Positions 18,356-27,999 of a stretch of DNA of 64,000 bases are shown here, piece by piece. A program made the translations under genes and the position numbers. Source of the stretch: Candidatus Sericytochromatia bacterium (GTDB taxonomy: Bacteria > Cyanobacteriota > Sericytochromatia > S15B-MN24 > UBA4093); contig JAKFCT010000029.1 of assembly GCA_036676495.1 (NCBI GenBank), positions 32,001 through 96,000 on the forward strand, in the 5' to 3' direction. The notes under the pieces were generated by a model, which saw only the letters and a program-made list of their open reading frames with translations, had not been told where the DNA came from and searched no databases. Each line of letters opens with the position of its first letter. The first letter of the stretch is position 1.

Positions 18356-18985
18356 TCAGCCCTTGGCGGTATCGAGGTTGACCTCGCGAGCCAGGATGAT
18401 GGCGTCGGCGATTTCCTTGAGGGGCTTGCGCCGGTCCATGGAGAGCTTCTGGATCTTGCGGAAGGCGGCCGCCTCGGAGAGGCCGTAATTCTCCATCAGG
18501 ATGCCCTTGGCCTTTTCGACCAGCTTGCGGGTCTCGATGGTTTCCTTGAGGTCGCCGACTTCCTTTTGAAGGGCGTAGAGTTCGTTTGCGCGGGCGAGAG
18601 CGACCTCGATGGTGGGAAGGATGTCGGCTTCCTTGATGGGCTTGACCAGGTAGCCATAGACGCCGAGTTCGGTGGCCTGCTGAACCAGTTCGGGCTGGGA
18701 GTAGGCGGTGAGCATGATGACGGGGATGGTGCGCTCGGCGTTGATGTGCTTCACGGCCTCCAGGCCGTCCATGACGGGCATCTTGATGTCCATGACGATG
18801 AGATCGGGGTTGAGCTTCTGGGCGAGCTCGACGGCCTCCTGGCCGTTGGAGCCCTCTCCGACGATCTCGTGGCCCTGCTCCTTGAGCATTTCGCGCAGGT
18901 CCAGCCGGATGATCGATTCGTCGTCCACCAAGAGAATCCGTAGCTTCTTCGATTTGCTCGTCGCGGGGTTCGTAAAGCTGTTCAT
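18356..18985 (-). CDS. REC-ANTAR response regulator (PdtaR/EutV-like)
   Basis: VDDE, MDIKMP, YLVKP receiver domain; ETRKLVEKAKGILM...AFRKIQKLSMDRR ANTAR domain. Confidence 0.92.
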   Translation of the reverse strand: MNSFTNPATSKSKKLRILLVDDESIIRLDLREMLKEQGHEIVGEGSNGQEAVELAQKLNPDLIVMDIKMPVMDGLEAVKHINAERTIPVIMLTAYSQPELVQQATELGVYGYLVKPIKEADILPTIEVALARANELYALQKEVGDLKETIETRKLVEKAKGILMENYGLSEAAAFRKIQKLSMDRRKPLKEIADAIILAREVNLDTAKG

Positions 18986-18991
18986 GGGGGC

Positions 18992-20443
18992 TTATCCTCT
19001 CTCGGCCACCGGGATGGTGACGGTGATGATGGTACCTTCGTTCGAGGTGTCGATCTTGATCTCTCCGCGGAGGTCTTGCCTTGCCAGGGTGTTGATGATT
19101 TCCCAGCCCAGGTTCCCGTCGGATTTGGGGTCGAAATCCTTGGGCAGGCCGATGCCGTTGTCACTGAGCATCATGGTGAGTTCGGAGTCGGAGAGGGCGA
19201 GCCCTAGTTCGACGCGCCCCTGGGTGCGGCCGGTGAAGGCGTGCTTGAGGGTGTTTTGAAGCAGCTCGTTGATGATGAGGGCCATGGAGGTGGCCTGCGC
19301 GGAGGGCAGGGTGATGGGGTAGGACGGGCAGACCACGCGGGCGTCGATGTTGGAGTCGGGGGGAAGCATGCTCTGCAGGGCGGCGGAAAGCAGGTTGTAG
19401 GCCAGCTCCTTGATGTCGACCACTCCCACGTCGTCCTGGGAGAGGTACTCGTGGACCAGGGCGATGCTGGAGATGCGGTCGATGGACTCGTTGAGGATGT
19501 TTTTCACCTCGGCGTTGCGGCTGCGGCGCTGCTGGAGGCGCAGGAGGCCGGCGATGGTCTGGAGGTTGTTCTTCACCCGGTGGTGGACCTCGCGGATGAT
19601 GGTCTCCTTGATGGCCAGCTCGCGGTCCTTCTCCTTGAGCTCGGTGAAGTCGCGCAGGACCCGGATGGTGGCGACCGTCTCGTCGGCGGGATCCAGGGGA
19701 ACGGTGCGGACGGCGAGGGCCATGCGCGGCGAGAGCAGCTCCATGTCCTCGTAGACGACGTTGGTCTTGGTGGTGCGGCGTTCCCGGTTGGCCATCATGG
19801 TTTCGTCCCAGCCGAGGCCGTCGAGGAACTCGGGCAGGCCCATGCGGCGGGCGAGGTTGACCGCGGAATGGGTCGCGTGCTTGATGATGCCGTGGGAGTC
19901 GACCAGGAGCAGGGCGTCTCCCGGCTGCAAGGGTGGCAGGGAGACGTCGGTGGTCTTGGCCTTGTTGATGAGGGTGACGACCGCGCGAGAGATGGCCGTC
20001 CGGTAGATCTGGCGCTTTTCCTCGGTGTGCTTGAGCTCCTCGTAGAGGTTGCGCTCGACGACCAGGATGGCGCAGGTGCGCTTGCCGGTGCGCATGGGGT
20101 AGATCATCTGGCTCATGGGCTGGCCGTTGACGACCTTGCCGACGGCCCCCTCGGTGATCTCTCCGGACTTGAAGGCCTGGTAGAGCGCCGAGGCGGTGCC
20201 GGGGTCGGCCATCTGGCCGACCTGCGAGCGCCGGTAGAAGGATTCCCTGACGGTCGGCTTGGCCTCCGACACCACGACCAGCTTCTTTTCGGAGTTGGGG
20301 CAGTAGATGAGCAGGTCCGCCGGCATGATGTCGGCGAGGAACGCCAGGTGGCGGCTCATGTTCTGGATCCAGCGGCGATCGCCCTCCTGAGGGACGAGGT
20401 CCGCCAGGGTGGGGAAAGCGGGGGGCGTGGTGTTGACGGCCAT
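18992..20443 (-). CDS. Cytoplasmic HisKA_2 sensor histidine kinase (PdtaS/EutW-like)
   Basis: N-terminal LADI..ADLLIY domain, IREVHHRVKNNLQ, ELLQNTLKHAF, DNGIG; no transmembrane segment. Confidence 0.9.
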   Translation of the reverse strand: MAVNTTPPAFPTLADLVPQEGDRRWIQNMSRHLAFLADIMPADLLIYCPNSEKKLVVVSEAKPTVRESFYRRSQVGQMADPGTASALYQAFKSGEITEGAVGKVVNGQPMSQMIYPMRTGKRTCAILVVERNLYEELKHTEEKRQIYRTAISRAVVTLINKAKTTDVSLPPLQPGDALLLVDSHGIIKHATHSAVNLARRMGLPEFLDGLGWDETMMANRERRTTKTNVVYEDMELLSPRMALAVRTVPLDPADETVATIRVLRDFTELKEKDRELAIKETIIREVHHRVKNNLQTIAGLLRLQQRRSRNAEVKNILNESIDRISSIALVHEYLSQDDVGVVDIKELAYNLLSAALQSMLPPDSNIDARVVCPSYPITLPSAQATSMALIINELLQNTLKHAFTGRTQGRVELGLALSDSELTMMLSDNGIGLPKDFDPKSDGNLGWEIINTLARQDLRGEIKIDTSNEGTIITVTIPVAERG

Positions 20444-20446
20444 GAC

Positions 20447-21673
20447 TTATGCCTGGTGGACGGCGCGGCCGTAACGGCGCTTACCGACCTGGACGATCAC
20501 GCCGTCGCCCGAGACGTCGATGGGCTGGTTGATGTCGGTGACGGTCTCGGGCTCGGAGTCGCGGTGCAGCTTGACGCCGCCCTGCTGAACGAGCCGGCGG
20601 GCTTCCGAGGAGGTGGCGGCGAGGCCCATGGCGACGAGCAAAGGCACGGCGGGCATGGTCGCTTCGGGCACCGGGCAAACGGGGATGTCCTCGGGGAGCT
20701 GGCGCTGCTGGAACTGCCGGACGAAGGCCTCCTCGGCCATCGCGCCGGCCTCGGAGCCGTGGTAGCGGCTGACGATGGCCTTGCCGAGACGCATCTTGGC
20801 ATCGCGGGGGTGGGTCGTCCCGGCCTGAAGGCCGGCGAGCACATCCTGGATCTCGGCCAGGGGCAGGCCCGAGGCCAGGCGGTAGTAGTTGGATAGCAGG
20901 GCGTCGGGAATCGACATGACCTTGCCGTACATGTCCTCGGGGGCGTCGGTGAGGCCGATGTAGTTATTGAGGGACTTGGACATCTTCTGGACGCCATCGG
21001 TACCTTCGAGGATCGGGTACATCATCACGACCTGAGGGCTCTGGCCGTAGGCTTCCTGGATGTCGCGGCCCATGAGGAGGTTGAACTTCTGGTCGGTGCC
21101 GCCCATCTCGAGGTCGGCCTTGATGGCGACCGAGTCGTAGCCCTGCATCAGGGGGTAGAGGAACTCGTGGAGGGCGATGGGGTCGTTGCGCTCGTAGCGC
21201 TTGGCGAAGTTGTCGCGCGCCAGCATTTGAGCCACGGTCGCCTGGGCCGCCAGCTTGACGGTGTCGGCGAAGGACATGCGATCCAGCCACTCGCCGTTCC
21301 AGTGCACTTCGGTCTTGGAGAGGTCGAGGATGAGGCCGAGCTGGTCGAGGTAGGTCTGGGCGTTGGCCTTGACCTCGTCGAGGGACAAGGGGGGCCGGGT
21401 GGCTTCCTTGCCGGTGGGGTCGCCGATGCGGGCGGTGAAGTCCCCGATGATGATGACGACCTGGTGTCCGGCGTCCTGGAAGCGGCGAAGACCGTGCAGG
21501 ACCACGGCATGGCCCAGGTGCAGGTCGGGCTTGGTGGGGTCGAAGCCGAGCTTGACGCGCAGGGGGCGGTCAAGATCTTTGAGTTTGGCTTCGAGGCTGC
21601 CCTGGGGAAGGGTTTCGACCGTGCCTTGAGTGAGTTCGGCGAGGGTCGGGTTCTGCGAAAGCTGAGTGGACAA
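20447..21673 (-). CDS. tyrS: Tyrosine--tRNA ligase
   Basis: KLGFDPTKPDLHLGH, YPLMQGYD, GGTDQKFN, KMSKS, C-terminal S4 domain; TTG start after AAGGAG. Confidence 0.96.
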   Translation of the reverse strand: MSTQLSQNPTLAELTQGTVETLPQGSLEAKLKDLDRPLRVKLGFDPTKPDLHLGHAVVLHGLRRFQDAGHQVVIIIGDFTARIGDPTGKEATRPPLSLDEVKANAQTYLDQLGLILDLSKTEVHWNGEWLDRMSFADTVKLAAQATVAQMLARDNFAKRYERNDPIALHEFLYPLMQGYDSVAIKADLEMGGTDQKFNLLMGRDIQEAYGQSPQVVMMYPILEGTDGVQKMSKSLNNYIGLTDAPEDMYGKVMSIPDALLSNYYRLASGLPLAEIQDVLAGLQAGTTHPRDAKMRLGKAIVSRYHGSEAGAMAEEAFVRQFQQRQLPEDIPVCPVPEATMPAVPLLVAMGLAATSSEARRLVQQGGVKLHRDSEPETVTDINQPIDVSGDGVIVQVGKRRYGRAVHQA

Positions 21674-21805
21674 TCGGACGCTCCTTGTTTGGACCCGAAG
21701 GCCGAGATCCAGCGTTCGGACCCGGGCGGGCATGGTCGACGCGAGGCGAGGACGATCCGCTTGGATCGCCCTCATGATTATACCGCAGCATCCGTGGCGC
21801 GAGAC

Positions 21806-22198
21806 TCAGACCCCGCCTCCCACCGCGGGGAAGTAGACGAGGAGGAGGGCGCGTTGGTCGTCGTCCTCCGTGCGAAGGCGTTGCAGGGCCTTTCGCTCGC
21901 GGCCGGAGACGGCGGGGATCGTCCGGTCGTAGAGGTCCACGAGCTCTTGCTTGGTGGTGATGAGGGCTTCGGGGAAGTCCTCGGGGGTTTCGACCTCCGG
22001 GGTCTCGGGAGGGGCGATCCCGCGGTCGACCAGCAGCTCCCAGAGGGTCTGGGCGTGCCGGTCGTCTTCCACGGCATGCCGCTCGAGGATGTCGTAGACC
22101 GCGCTCCCGCGGCCTCCCTCATCGAGCCAGCGGCGGTCCAGGATGCCCGAGATCCGTTCGAGTTCGAGGGCGTGGACCAGGTCGTCTTCAACCGGCAT
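21806..22198 (-). CDS. Ferritin-like four-helix-bundle protein (putative)
   Basis: ALELE...EDDRHA...QELVDLY...TEDDDQ pattern; coupled to the DUF2267 gene. Confidence 0.55.
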   Translation of the reverse strand: MPVEDDLVHALELERISGILDRRWLDEGGRGSAVYDILERHAVEDDRHAQTLWELLVDRGIAPPETPEVETPEDFPEALITTKQELVDLYDRTIPAVSGRERKALQRLRTEDDDQRALLLVYFPAVGGGV

Positions 22199-22201
22199 GG
22201 G

Positions 22202-22606
22202 CTAGCTCTCCAGCCACATGACCTTGAGCTTGGCGGGGAGCTGGTCGGCGACGTCCCCGGCCTCGCCCTCGGAGATCTGCTCCTTGACCACGCGGAAGAC
22301 CGCGGTGGCGAGGGTCTGCGCTTGATCCCGGCTCTCGAGGTCGGCTTTTTCGGCCACCCGGTCGAGGAAGGCGTCGCGTTCCAGGCGATTGGGGCCGGTG
22401 ACCTGCTTGAGGAGGCCGACGAGGACGTTGCCCTGGCACATGGAGTCGATGCCGTTGGGGAGTTGCGCCTCGAGGTCCATGGCTTCGTCGCGGGTGAGGC
22501 GTCCGCAGAGGGTGCCCAGCACGGCGCTGGTGGCCTTCTCGGCGCGGTCGCGCTCGGCGATGCCCGTGAGGCCTTGAACCCGGTGAATGAATTCGCCCTT
22601 GTTCAT
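22202..22606 (-). CDS. DUF2267 domain protein
   Basis: EFIHRV...AEKATSAVLGTL..RL...EA.DL.AQLP; second repeat AVFRVVKEQISEGEAGDVADQLP. Confidence 0.85.
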   Translation of the reverse strand: MNKGEFIHRVQGLTGIAERDRAEKATSAVLGTLCGRLTRDEAMDLEAQLPNGIDSMCQGNVLVGLLKQVTGPNRLERDAFLDRVAEKADLESRDQAQTLATAVFRVVKEQISEGEAGDVADQLPAKLKVMWLES

Positions 22607-22863
22607 CTCGCTCCCCCTCTCATGATGAGGCGCCTGCTCGCTCAGGCCGGGCCCGCCTCCGGACGGATTCGACCTAGAAGCGTGGTGACCTGATCTTGCG
22701 GGAGGAGCGGAGCCGGGTCAAGGCGTGAATCCCCGCTGGTAGTCCCGGTTAACCCGTGGTAAACTACTGCTGATTGCTCCCCGTGGACTCGCGTCCCCAT
22801 GGCACATTCGGGGAGCCCCCATGGGGAAATTCCCACGCAGGACTGCGAAAGGAAATCTGCATC

Positions 22864-24009
22864 ATGGCTGAGAAAGTCGTCACTCCTGAGAAGCCCTACT
22901 TCCCGGGGCTCGAAGGCGTCATCGTCGCGATTTCGGGGTTGACCTCGATCGACGGTACCGTAGGCAAGCTCATGTATCGTGGCTACAACATCCACGAGCT
23001 GGCACAGAACTCGACCTACGAAGAAGTGGTCTACCTGCTCTTCAACGGCGAGCTTCCCACGGCCGCGCAGCTCGACGAGCTGAAGAAGACCCTGGCTGCC
23101 AACCGCGAGCTTCCTTCGCAGGTGATTGACCTCCTGCGCTTGATGCCCAAGGATGCTAACCCCATGGCGGCGCTGCGGACCGCCGTCTCGGCGCTCGCCT
23201 TCTACGATGCCGAGGCCGAGGACAACGCGCATGAGTCGGTCGTCCGCAAGGCGTACCGCGTGACCGCCAAGATGGCCACCATCGTGGCGGCCTTCGACCG
23301 GATCCGCAACGGCAAGGAGCCCGTGGCCCCCAAGACGGATCTCAGCCATGCCGCGAACTTCCTCTACATGCTGAACGGCGAGGTTCCCAACGATGTCTTC
23401 GCCCGGGCCTTCGACATCGCGCTGATCCTGCACGCCGACCACGAGATGAACGCCTCGACCTTCGCGGCGCGCGTCACGGCGTCGACGCTCTCCGACTACT
23501 ACTCGGCCATCACCTCGGCGGTGGGCACCCTGAAGGGCGCCCTTCACGGCGGCGCCAACACCAACGTCATGAAGATGCTGCTCGAGATCGGCGACGAGGC
23601 CAAGGTCGAGGATTACATCCGCACCGGCCTCGCCAACAAGCAGCGCTTCATGGGCTTCGGCCACCGGGTCTACAAGACCATGGACCCCCGCGCCATCGAG
23701 CTCAAGAAGGTCTCGCGCGACCTCGGCGAGCGCGCCGGCAACCTCAAGTGGTTCAACATGTCGGAGAAGATCCACAGCATGGTGACCGCGGAGAAGGGCC
23801 TGGATCCCAACGTCGACTTCTACTCGGCCTCGGCCTACTACATGATGGGCATCGCCCTCGACCTCTACACCCCGATCTTCGCGGTGAGCCGGATCGCGGG
23901 CTGGTCGGCCAACGTCATCGAGCAGTACGAGAAGAACCGCCTGATGCGGCCCGACTCGGACTACGTGGGGCCCTCCGAGCGCTCCTACGTTCCGATGAAC
24001 CAGCGCTAA
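22864..24009 (+). CDS. Citrate synthase
   Basis: GLEGV, LMYRGY, LHADHEMNAST, LHGGAN, MGFGHRVYK, PNVDFY motifs. Confidence 0.96.
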   Translation: MAEKVVTPEKPYFPGLEGVIVAISGLTSIDGTVGKLMYRGYNIHELAQNSTYEEVVYLLFNGELPTAAQLDELKKTLAANRELPSQVIDLLRLMPKDANPMAALRTAVSALAFYDAEAEDNAHESVVRKAYRVTAKMATIVAAFDRIRNGKEPVAPKTDLSHAANFLYMLNGEVPNDVFARAFDIALILHADHEMNASTFAARVTASTLSDYYSAITSAVGTLKGALHGGANTNVMKMLLEIGDEAKVEDYIRTGLANKQRFMGFGHRVYKTMDPRAIELKKVSRDLGERAGNLKWFNMSEKIHSMVTAEKGLDPNVDFYSASAYYMMGIALDLYTPIFAVSRIAGWSANVIEQYEKNRLMRPDSDYVGPSERSYVPMNQR

Positions 24010-24026
24010 GCGATAGACATTCAGGA

Positions 24027-24062
24027 AGCGGGGCCGGCAATCGCCGGCCCCGCTACTATTTT
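24027..24062 (+). terminator. Rho-independent terminator
   Basis: GCGGGGCCGGC/GCCGGCCCCGC stem followed by a T-rich tail, after citrate synthase. Confidence 0.7.
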
Positions 24063-24258
24063 GTCCCCCTTGCAGAATCCTCTTACGGGCGTAGCCCTAC
24101 CTCCGGATTCTGCATCGCCGCAGGCGATACCGGGGGGACCTCGATGTAGCCGAGAGGGGGGTGTTTGCCGGCGCAGCGATGGCGTTCCTCGTTTTAAGGA
24201 ACCTGGGAGCAGTGACACCCCCCTCGGCTTCGCCGGTCCCCCCGTCAAGGGGGGACAA
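24061..24258. repeat. REPIN/MITE-like inverted palindromic pair
   Basis: Right arm ACACCCCCCTCGGCTTCGCCGGTCCCCCCGTCAAGGGGGGACAA mirrors left arm TTGTCCCCCTTG[insert]CGGGGGGACC..AGCCGAGAGGGGGGTGT. Confidence 0.65.
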
Positions 24259-24269
24259 GATAGGGAAGA

Positions 24270-25067
24270 TTAGATCGACAAGTCGCGGCGGTTGAAGGCC
24301 AGCCAGGCCACGATCAGGCTCAGGACCGTGACTCCGCCGAGGTAAGCCCAGGCCAAAGGGTCGGGGGGAGTGCCTTGCAGCAGGACCTTGGGGTCGAATT
24401 GCTTGAAAATCGACCAAACGCGGTAGGGTTCGGCCGTCTTCCAGAACTGGCCGAGCGCATCGATGGCATACGAGCCGACGGCGAAGCCGAGCGCCCAGCC
24501 GAGGGCCTTGCCGCCTTCGCTCGACAGGGCCGAGCAGGCGAGCGCGAAGCCTCCGATGCAGCCAAACAAGAGGATCATGCCGACCACGGCCCAGAAGTAG
24601 CCGAGGACGCCGGCGGGAAGGGGTTCATGTTGGAAGGCCAAGCCGGCGGCGGTGGCGAGCACGGTGACGAGCGCGAGCGCGAGGATGCCGGTTGCGAGGG
24701 TGAGGGCCTTGGCGGCGACGAGCTGGCTGCGGGTGATCGGGTAGGCGAGCGTGAGGCCGAGGGTGCCGCGCTCGATGTCCGAGGCGATCGCCCGGGATCC
24801 GTAGCCCACGGCCCAGGCTCCGCAGAGGGTCAGCCAGACGGGGTGGGTGTAGACGATGGCGAGCACGCCCGAGAGGCCTTGGACCTGGAGGCGATCGCCG
24901 ACCAGCGGGCGAAGGAAGGACGGGATGATCTTGATCGCCTGGCTGAGCGTGTCCTGGATCGACGGGGCGATGAGGGCCATCACGAAGGCGAAGAGGCCGA
25001 CGGCGCCCGTCAGGGAGAGCATGACCCGGCGGTTGAGGCGAAGTTCATGGCGAAAGAGGTTCAGCAT
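24270..25067 (-). CDS. ABC-2 type transporter permease
   Basis: About six TM helices; IASDIERGTLGLTLAYPITRSQL; FNRRDL C-terminus. Confidence 0.88.
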   Translation of the reverse strand: MLNLFRHELRLNRRVMLSLTGAVGLFAFVMALIAPSIQDTLSQAIKIIPSFLRPLVGDRLQVQGLSGVLAIVYTHPVWLTLCGAWAVGYGSRAIASDIERGTLGLTLAYPITRSQLVAAKALTLATGILALALVTVLATAAGLAFQHEPLPAGVLGYFWAVVGMILLFGCIGGFALACSALSSEGGKALGWALGFAVGSYAIDALGQFWKTAEPYRVWSIFKQFDPKVLLQGTPPDPLAWAYLGGVTVLSLIVAWLAFNRRDLSI

Positions 25068-25957
25068 GCGGGTTCCGCTTCGTAGTAGCGCATGAAGATG
25101 TCTTCGAGGCTTGCGCGGGTGACCTGGAGATCGTTCACGGTATAAGCTGCCAGCCGCTTGATGAGCGGATCGATCCCACCGGTGACGGTGAAGGTCCAGC
25201 GTCCATCCCCGTGGGAAACGGCCTCGACTCCGTCGAGCGCGAAGGCCTCCATCGGGGGAGTTTCCGCCAGGGAGACCTCCACCTTGCGGGTGGCGCGGGC
25301 CTTCAGGGCCCGGACTTCCTCGGTGACGAGCAGGCGGCCGGCGCGAATCAGGGCCACGCGATCGCAGTTGCGTTCGACCTCGCTGAGGACGTGGCTGGAC
25401 ATGAAGACGGTGGCGCCCTGGTTGCGGGCTTCGGTCAGGAGTTGGAAGAAGGTGTGCTGGATGAGGGGGTCGAGCCCTTCGGTGGGCTCATCGAGGATGA
25501 GCAAGCGCGGGCGGTGCATGAGCGCCTGGACGATGGCGATCTTCTGCTTCATGCCCTTGGAGTAGGTGCGGATGGGGCGCGCGAGGCCGGAGGCGATGTC
25601 CAGGCGTTCGCAGAGCTCCCGGCGGAAGCGGGGATCGACGTGCTGGCGGAACCGGGAGAGGGTATCGAGGAGCGCCTCTCCCGTCAAGCGTTCCTCCAGG
25701 TGGACCTCACCGGGCAAGAAGCCGATGAGCTGGCGCACCTGGAGGGAATCCGCCTGGCAATCGAGACCCAGGACATGGGCCGATCCGGAGTCCGGCCTCA
25801 GGAAATCCAGGAGGACCCGGATGGTCGTGGTCTTTCCCGCCCCGTTGGGGCCCAGGAAGCCGAACATTTCGCCTTCTTGGACCTCGAGGGAGACGTCCTG
25901 GATGCCCTTCCCGGAGCCGTAGGTCTTGGTGAGGGCCCGGGTCTCGATGGCTGGCAT
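25061..25957 (-). CDS. ABC transporter ATP-binding protein
   Basis: GPNGAGKTT, YSKGMKQK, LDEPT, SSH motifs. Confidence 0.93.
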   Translation of the reverse strand: MPAIETRALTKTYGSGKGIQDVSLEVQEGEMFGFLGPNGAGKTTTIRVLLDFLRPDSGSAHVLGLDCQADSLQVRQLIGFLPGEVHLEERLTGEALLDTLSRFRQHVDPRFRRELCERLDIASGLARPIRTYSKGMKQKIAIVQALMHRPRLLILDEPTEGLDPLIQHTFFQLLTEARNQGATVFMSSHVLSEVERNCDRVALIRAGRLLVTEEVRALKARATRKVEVSLAETPPMEAFALDGVEAVSHGDGRWTFTVTGGIDPLIKRLAAYTVNDLQVTRASLEDIFMRYYEAEPAC

Positions 25958-25971
25958 GTTAGCCGCAGGCG

Positions 25972-26952
25972 CTAGGCGAGGAGGTGCGAAACGCCTTCGC
26001 GCTCCTCGTTGAGCTCGGCGAGGGTGGCGTCCATCTTCTCGCGGCTGAAGGCGTCAATCTCCAGGCCCTGGACGATCTGGTAGTCGCCGTTGGCGCAGGT
26101 GACGGGGAAGCCGTACATGACGCCTTCGGGGATGCCGTAGGAGCCGTCGGAGGGCACGCCCATGGTCACCCAAGCGCCGTTGGTGCCGAGGACCCAGTCA
26201 CGGACGTGGTCGATGGCGGCATTGGCGGCCGAGGCGGCCGACGAGAGGCCCCGGGCCTCGATGATGGCGGCCCCGCGCTTGGCGACCGTCGGGATGAAGG
26301 TCTCGCGGTTCCAGTTCTCGTCGTTGACGAGGCCCTTGACCGGCTGGCCGTCGACCTTGGCGAAGCGGTAGTCGGGGTACTGGGTGGTGGAGTGGTTGCC
26401 CCAGACGACCATCTGCGTGATGCCGCCGACGGCCTTGCCGGTCTTGGAGGCGAGCTGCGCGAGGGCGCGGTTGTGGTCGAGGCGCAGCATGGCGGTGAAG
26501 TTGCGGGGGTTGAGGTCGGGAGCGCTCTTCATGGCGATGTAGGCGTTGGTGTTGGCGGGGTTGCCGACCACGAGCACCTTGACGTCACGCTTGGCCACCT
26601 TGTTGAGGGCCTTGCCCTGGGTGGTGAAGATGGCGGCGTTGGCCTCCAGGAGATCCTTGCGCTCCATGCCCTTGCCACGGGGGCGGGCGCCGACCAGGAG
26701 AGCGACATCCGCGTCCTTGAAGGCCACCTCGGGATCATCCGTGCCGACCACACCGGCGAGCAAGGGGAAGGCGCAGTCCTCGAGCTCCATCATCACGCCC
26801 GAAAGCGCGGTTTGAGCCTGAGGGAGGTCGAGCAGCTGGAGGACGACCGGCTGATCCTTGCCGAGCATTTCGCCGCTGGCAATGCGGAAGAGCAGGCTGT
26901 AGCCGATCTGTCCGGCGGCACCGGTGACGGCGACAATCTTCGGGGCTTTCAT
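25972..26952 (-). CDS. mdh: Malate dehydrogenase
   Basis: [39 protein letters not shown] motifs. Confidence 0.96.
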   Translation of the reverse strand: MKAPKIVAVTGAAGQIGYSLLFRIASGEMLGKDQPVVLQLLDLPQAQTALSGVMMELEDCAFPLLAGVVGTDDPEVAFKDADVALLVGARPRGKGMERKDLLEANAAIFTTQGKALNKVAKRDVKVLVVGNPANTNAYIAMKSAPDLNPRNFTAMLRLDHNRALAQLASKTGKAVGGITQMVVWGNHSTTQYPDYRFAKVDGQPVKGLVNDENWNRETFIPTVAKRGAAIIEARGLSSAASAANAAIDHVRDWVLGTNGAWVTMGVPSDGSYGIPEGVMYGFPVTCANGDYQIVQGLEIDAFSREKMDATLAELNEEREGVSHLLA

Positions 26953-27171
26953 CGTGGCATCTCCTTAAACTTGATACGTTGCTGCAGTTCGCGAGAGGAA
27001 GTCGCTGCAGGGACTCGGTTAGGGCGTTCGCTGACGCGGCGGGGCCTCATGAACCCGGCCTCCGAGGGAAAGCGCGTTGGCCGGGCCGCAAGAATGTCAA
27101 CCGGGAAGCGAGCGGAATCGGTCCTGATCGTATCACGAGGGCCCTGCCGAGCGGTAGGGGAAGCGTACGGA

Positions 27172-27999
27172 TCAGCGCCGGGACAGCTCCTCGTACAGGG
27201 CCTCGCGGTAGAACGTCTGGACGCCGCGGGTCACGGGGCCGGGCAGGCCGTTCCCGACGGGGCGTCCGTTGACGGCGACCAGGGGCACGACCCCCATGAC
27301 GGCGTTGGTGAGGAAGGCCTCGCTCGCCTCCTGGAAGGCCTCGGGGAGAATCGATCCGGTTTCGCAGTTCGACTCGTTCAGCAGTTCCAGCACCAGGCCG
27401 CGCGCCACGCCGGCGAGGCCGCCATGCCTGAGGGCGGGAGTGCGAATCTGGCCGTCCTGGACCACGAAGACCGAGGACGCCGCCCCCTCGGCAAGGTGTC
27501 CGGTGGTATCCAACAGCAAAGCCTCGTCAACCCCGGCCATTTTGGCCTCTTCGCGAGCCCAGCGGTAGGGAAAGTAGCTGAGCGTCTTGTGTCCGGCGAG
27601 AGGCGAGACGGGTGAGAGGCGCAGGGTCTCGCTGATGAGGGCCGTCATCGTTTGCGGAGCTGGGGGCAAGGGGACGGCGTGGATTGCAAGCATGGCGGGA
27701 AGCGCGTGGTCGGGGTTTCCCCGGGTCAGGGTCAGGCGGATGCGCGCGTCGTGGAGGCCGTTGGCCTCCAGCAGTTGGCCAATGTCTTCCAGGATCTCGG
27801 GGGCCTTCCGGGGAAGGGTCAGGGCAAAGCGTTCGGCGCTCTTGGTCAAGCGCTTGACGTGGCGGTCGAAGAGGGGAAGCTGGCCTCCGAAGGCCGCCAT
27901 GGTCTCCATGAGGCCGAAGCCTTGCAGCAGGCCCTCGTCGAGCAGGGGGATGGTGGCCTCTTGGGCGGGCAAGAGCTTGCCGTTCAGGATGACGTACAT
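27172..27999 (-). CDS. Aminotransferase class IV (4-amino-4-deoxychorismate lyase-like)
   Basis: GFGLMETM, HKTLSY, EGAASSVF, LAGVAR, EAFLTN motifs; directly downstream of pabB. Confidence 0.85.
   Translation of the reverse strand: MYVILNGKLLPAQEATIPLLDEGLLQGFGLMETMAAFGGQLPLFDRHVKRLTKSAERFALTLPRKAPEILEDIGQLLEANGLHDARIRLTLTRGNPDHALPAMLAIHAVPLPPAPQTMTALISETLRLSPVSPLAGHKTLSYFPYRWAREEAKMAGVDEALLLDTTGHLAEGAASSVFVVQDGQIRTPALRHGGLAGVARGLVLELLNESNCETGSILPEAFQEASEAFLTNAVMGVVPLVAVNGRPVGNGLPGPVTRGVQTFYREALYEELSRR

Noticed and set aside
21674-21800. T-box riboswitch upstream of tyrS
   Set aside because: The leader is only about 100 nt and has no T-box consensus or terminator.
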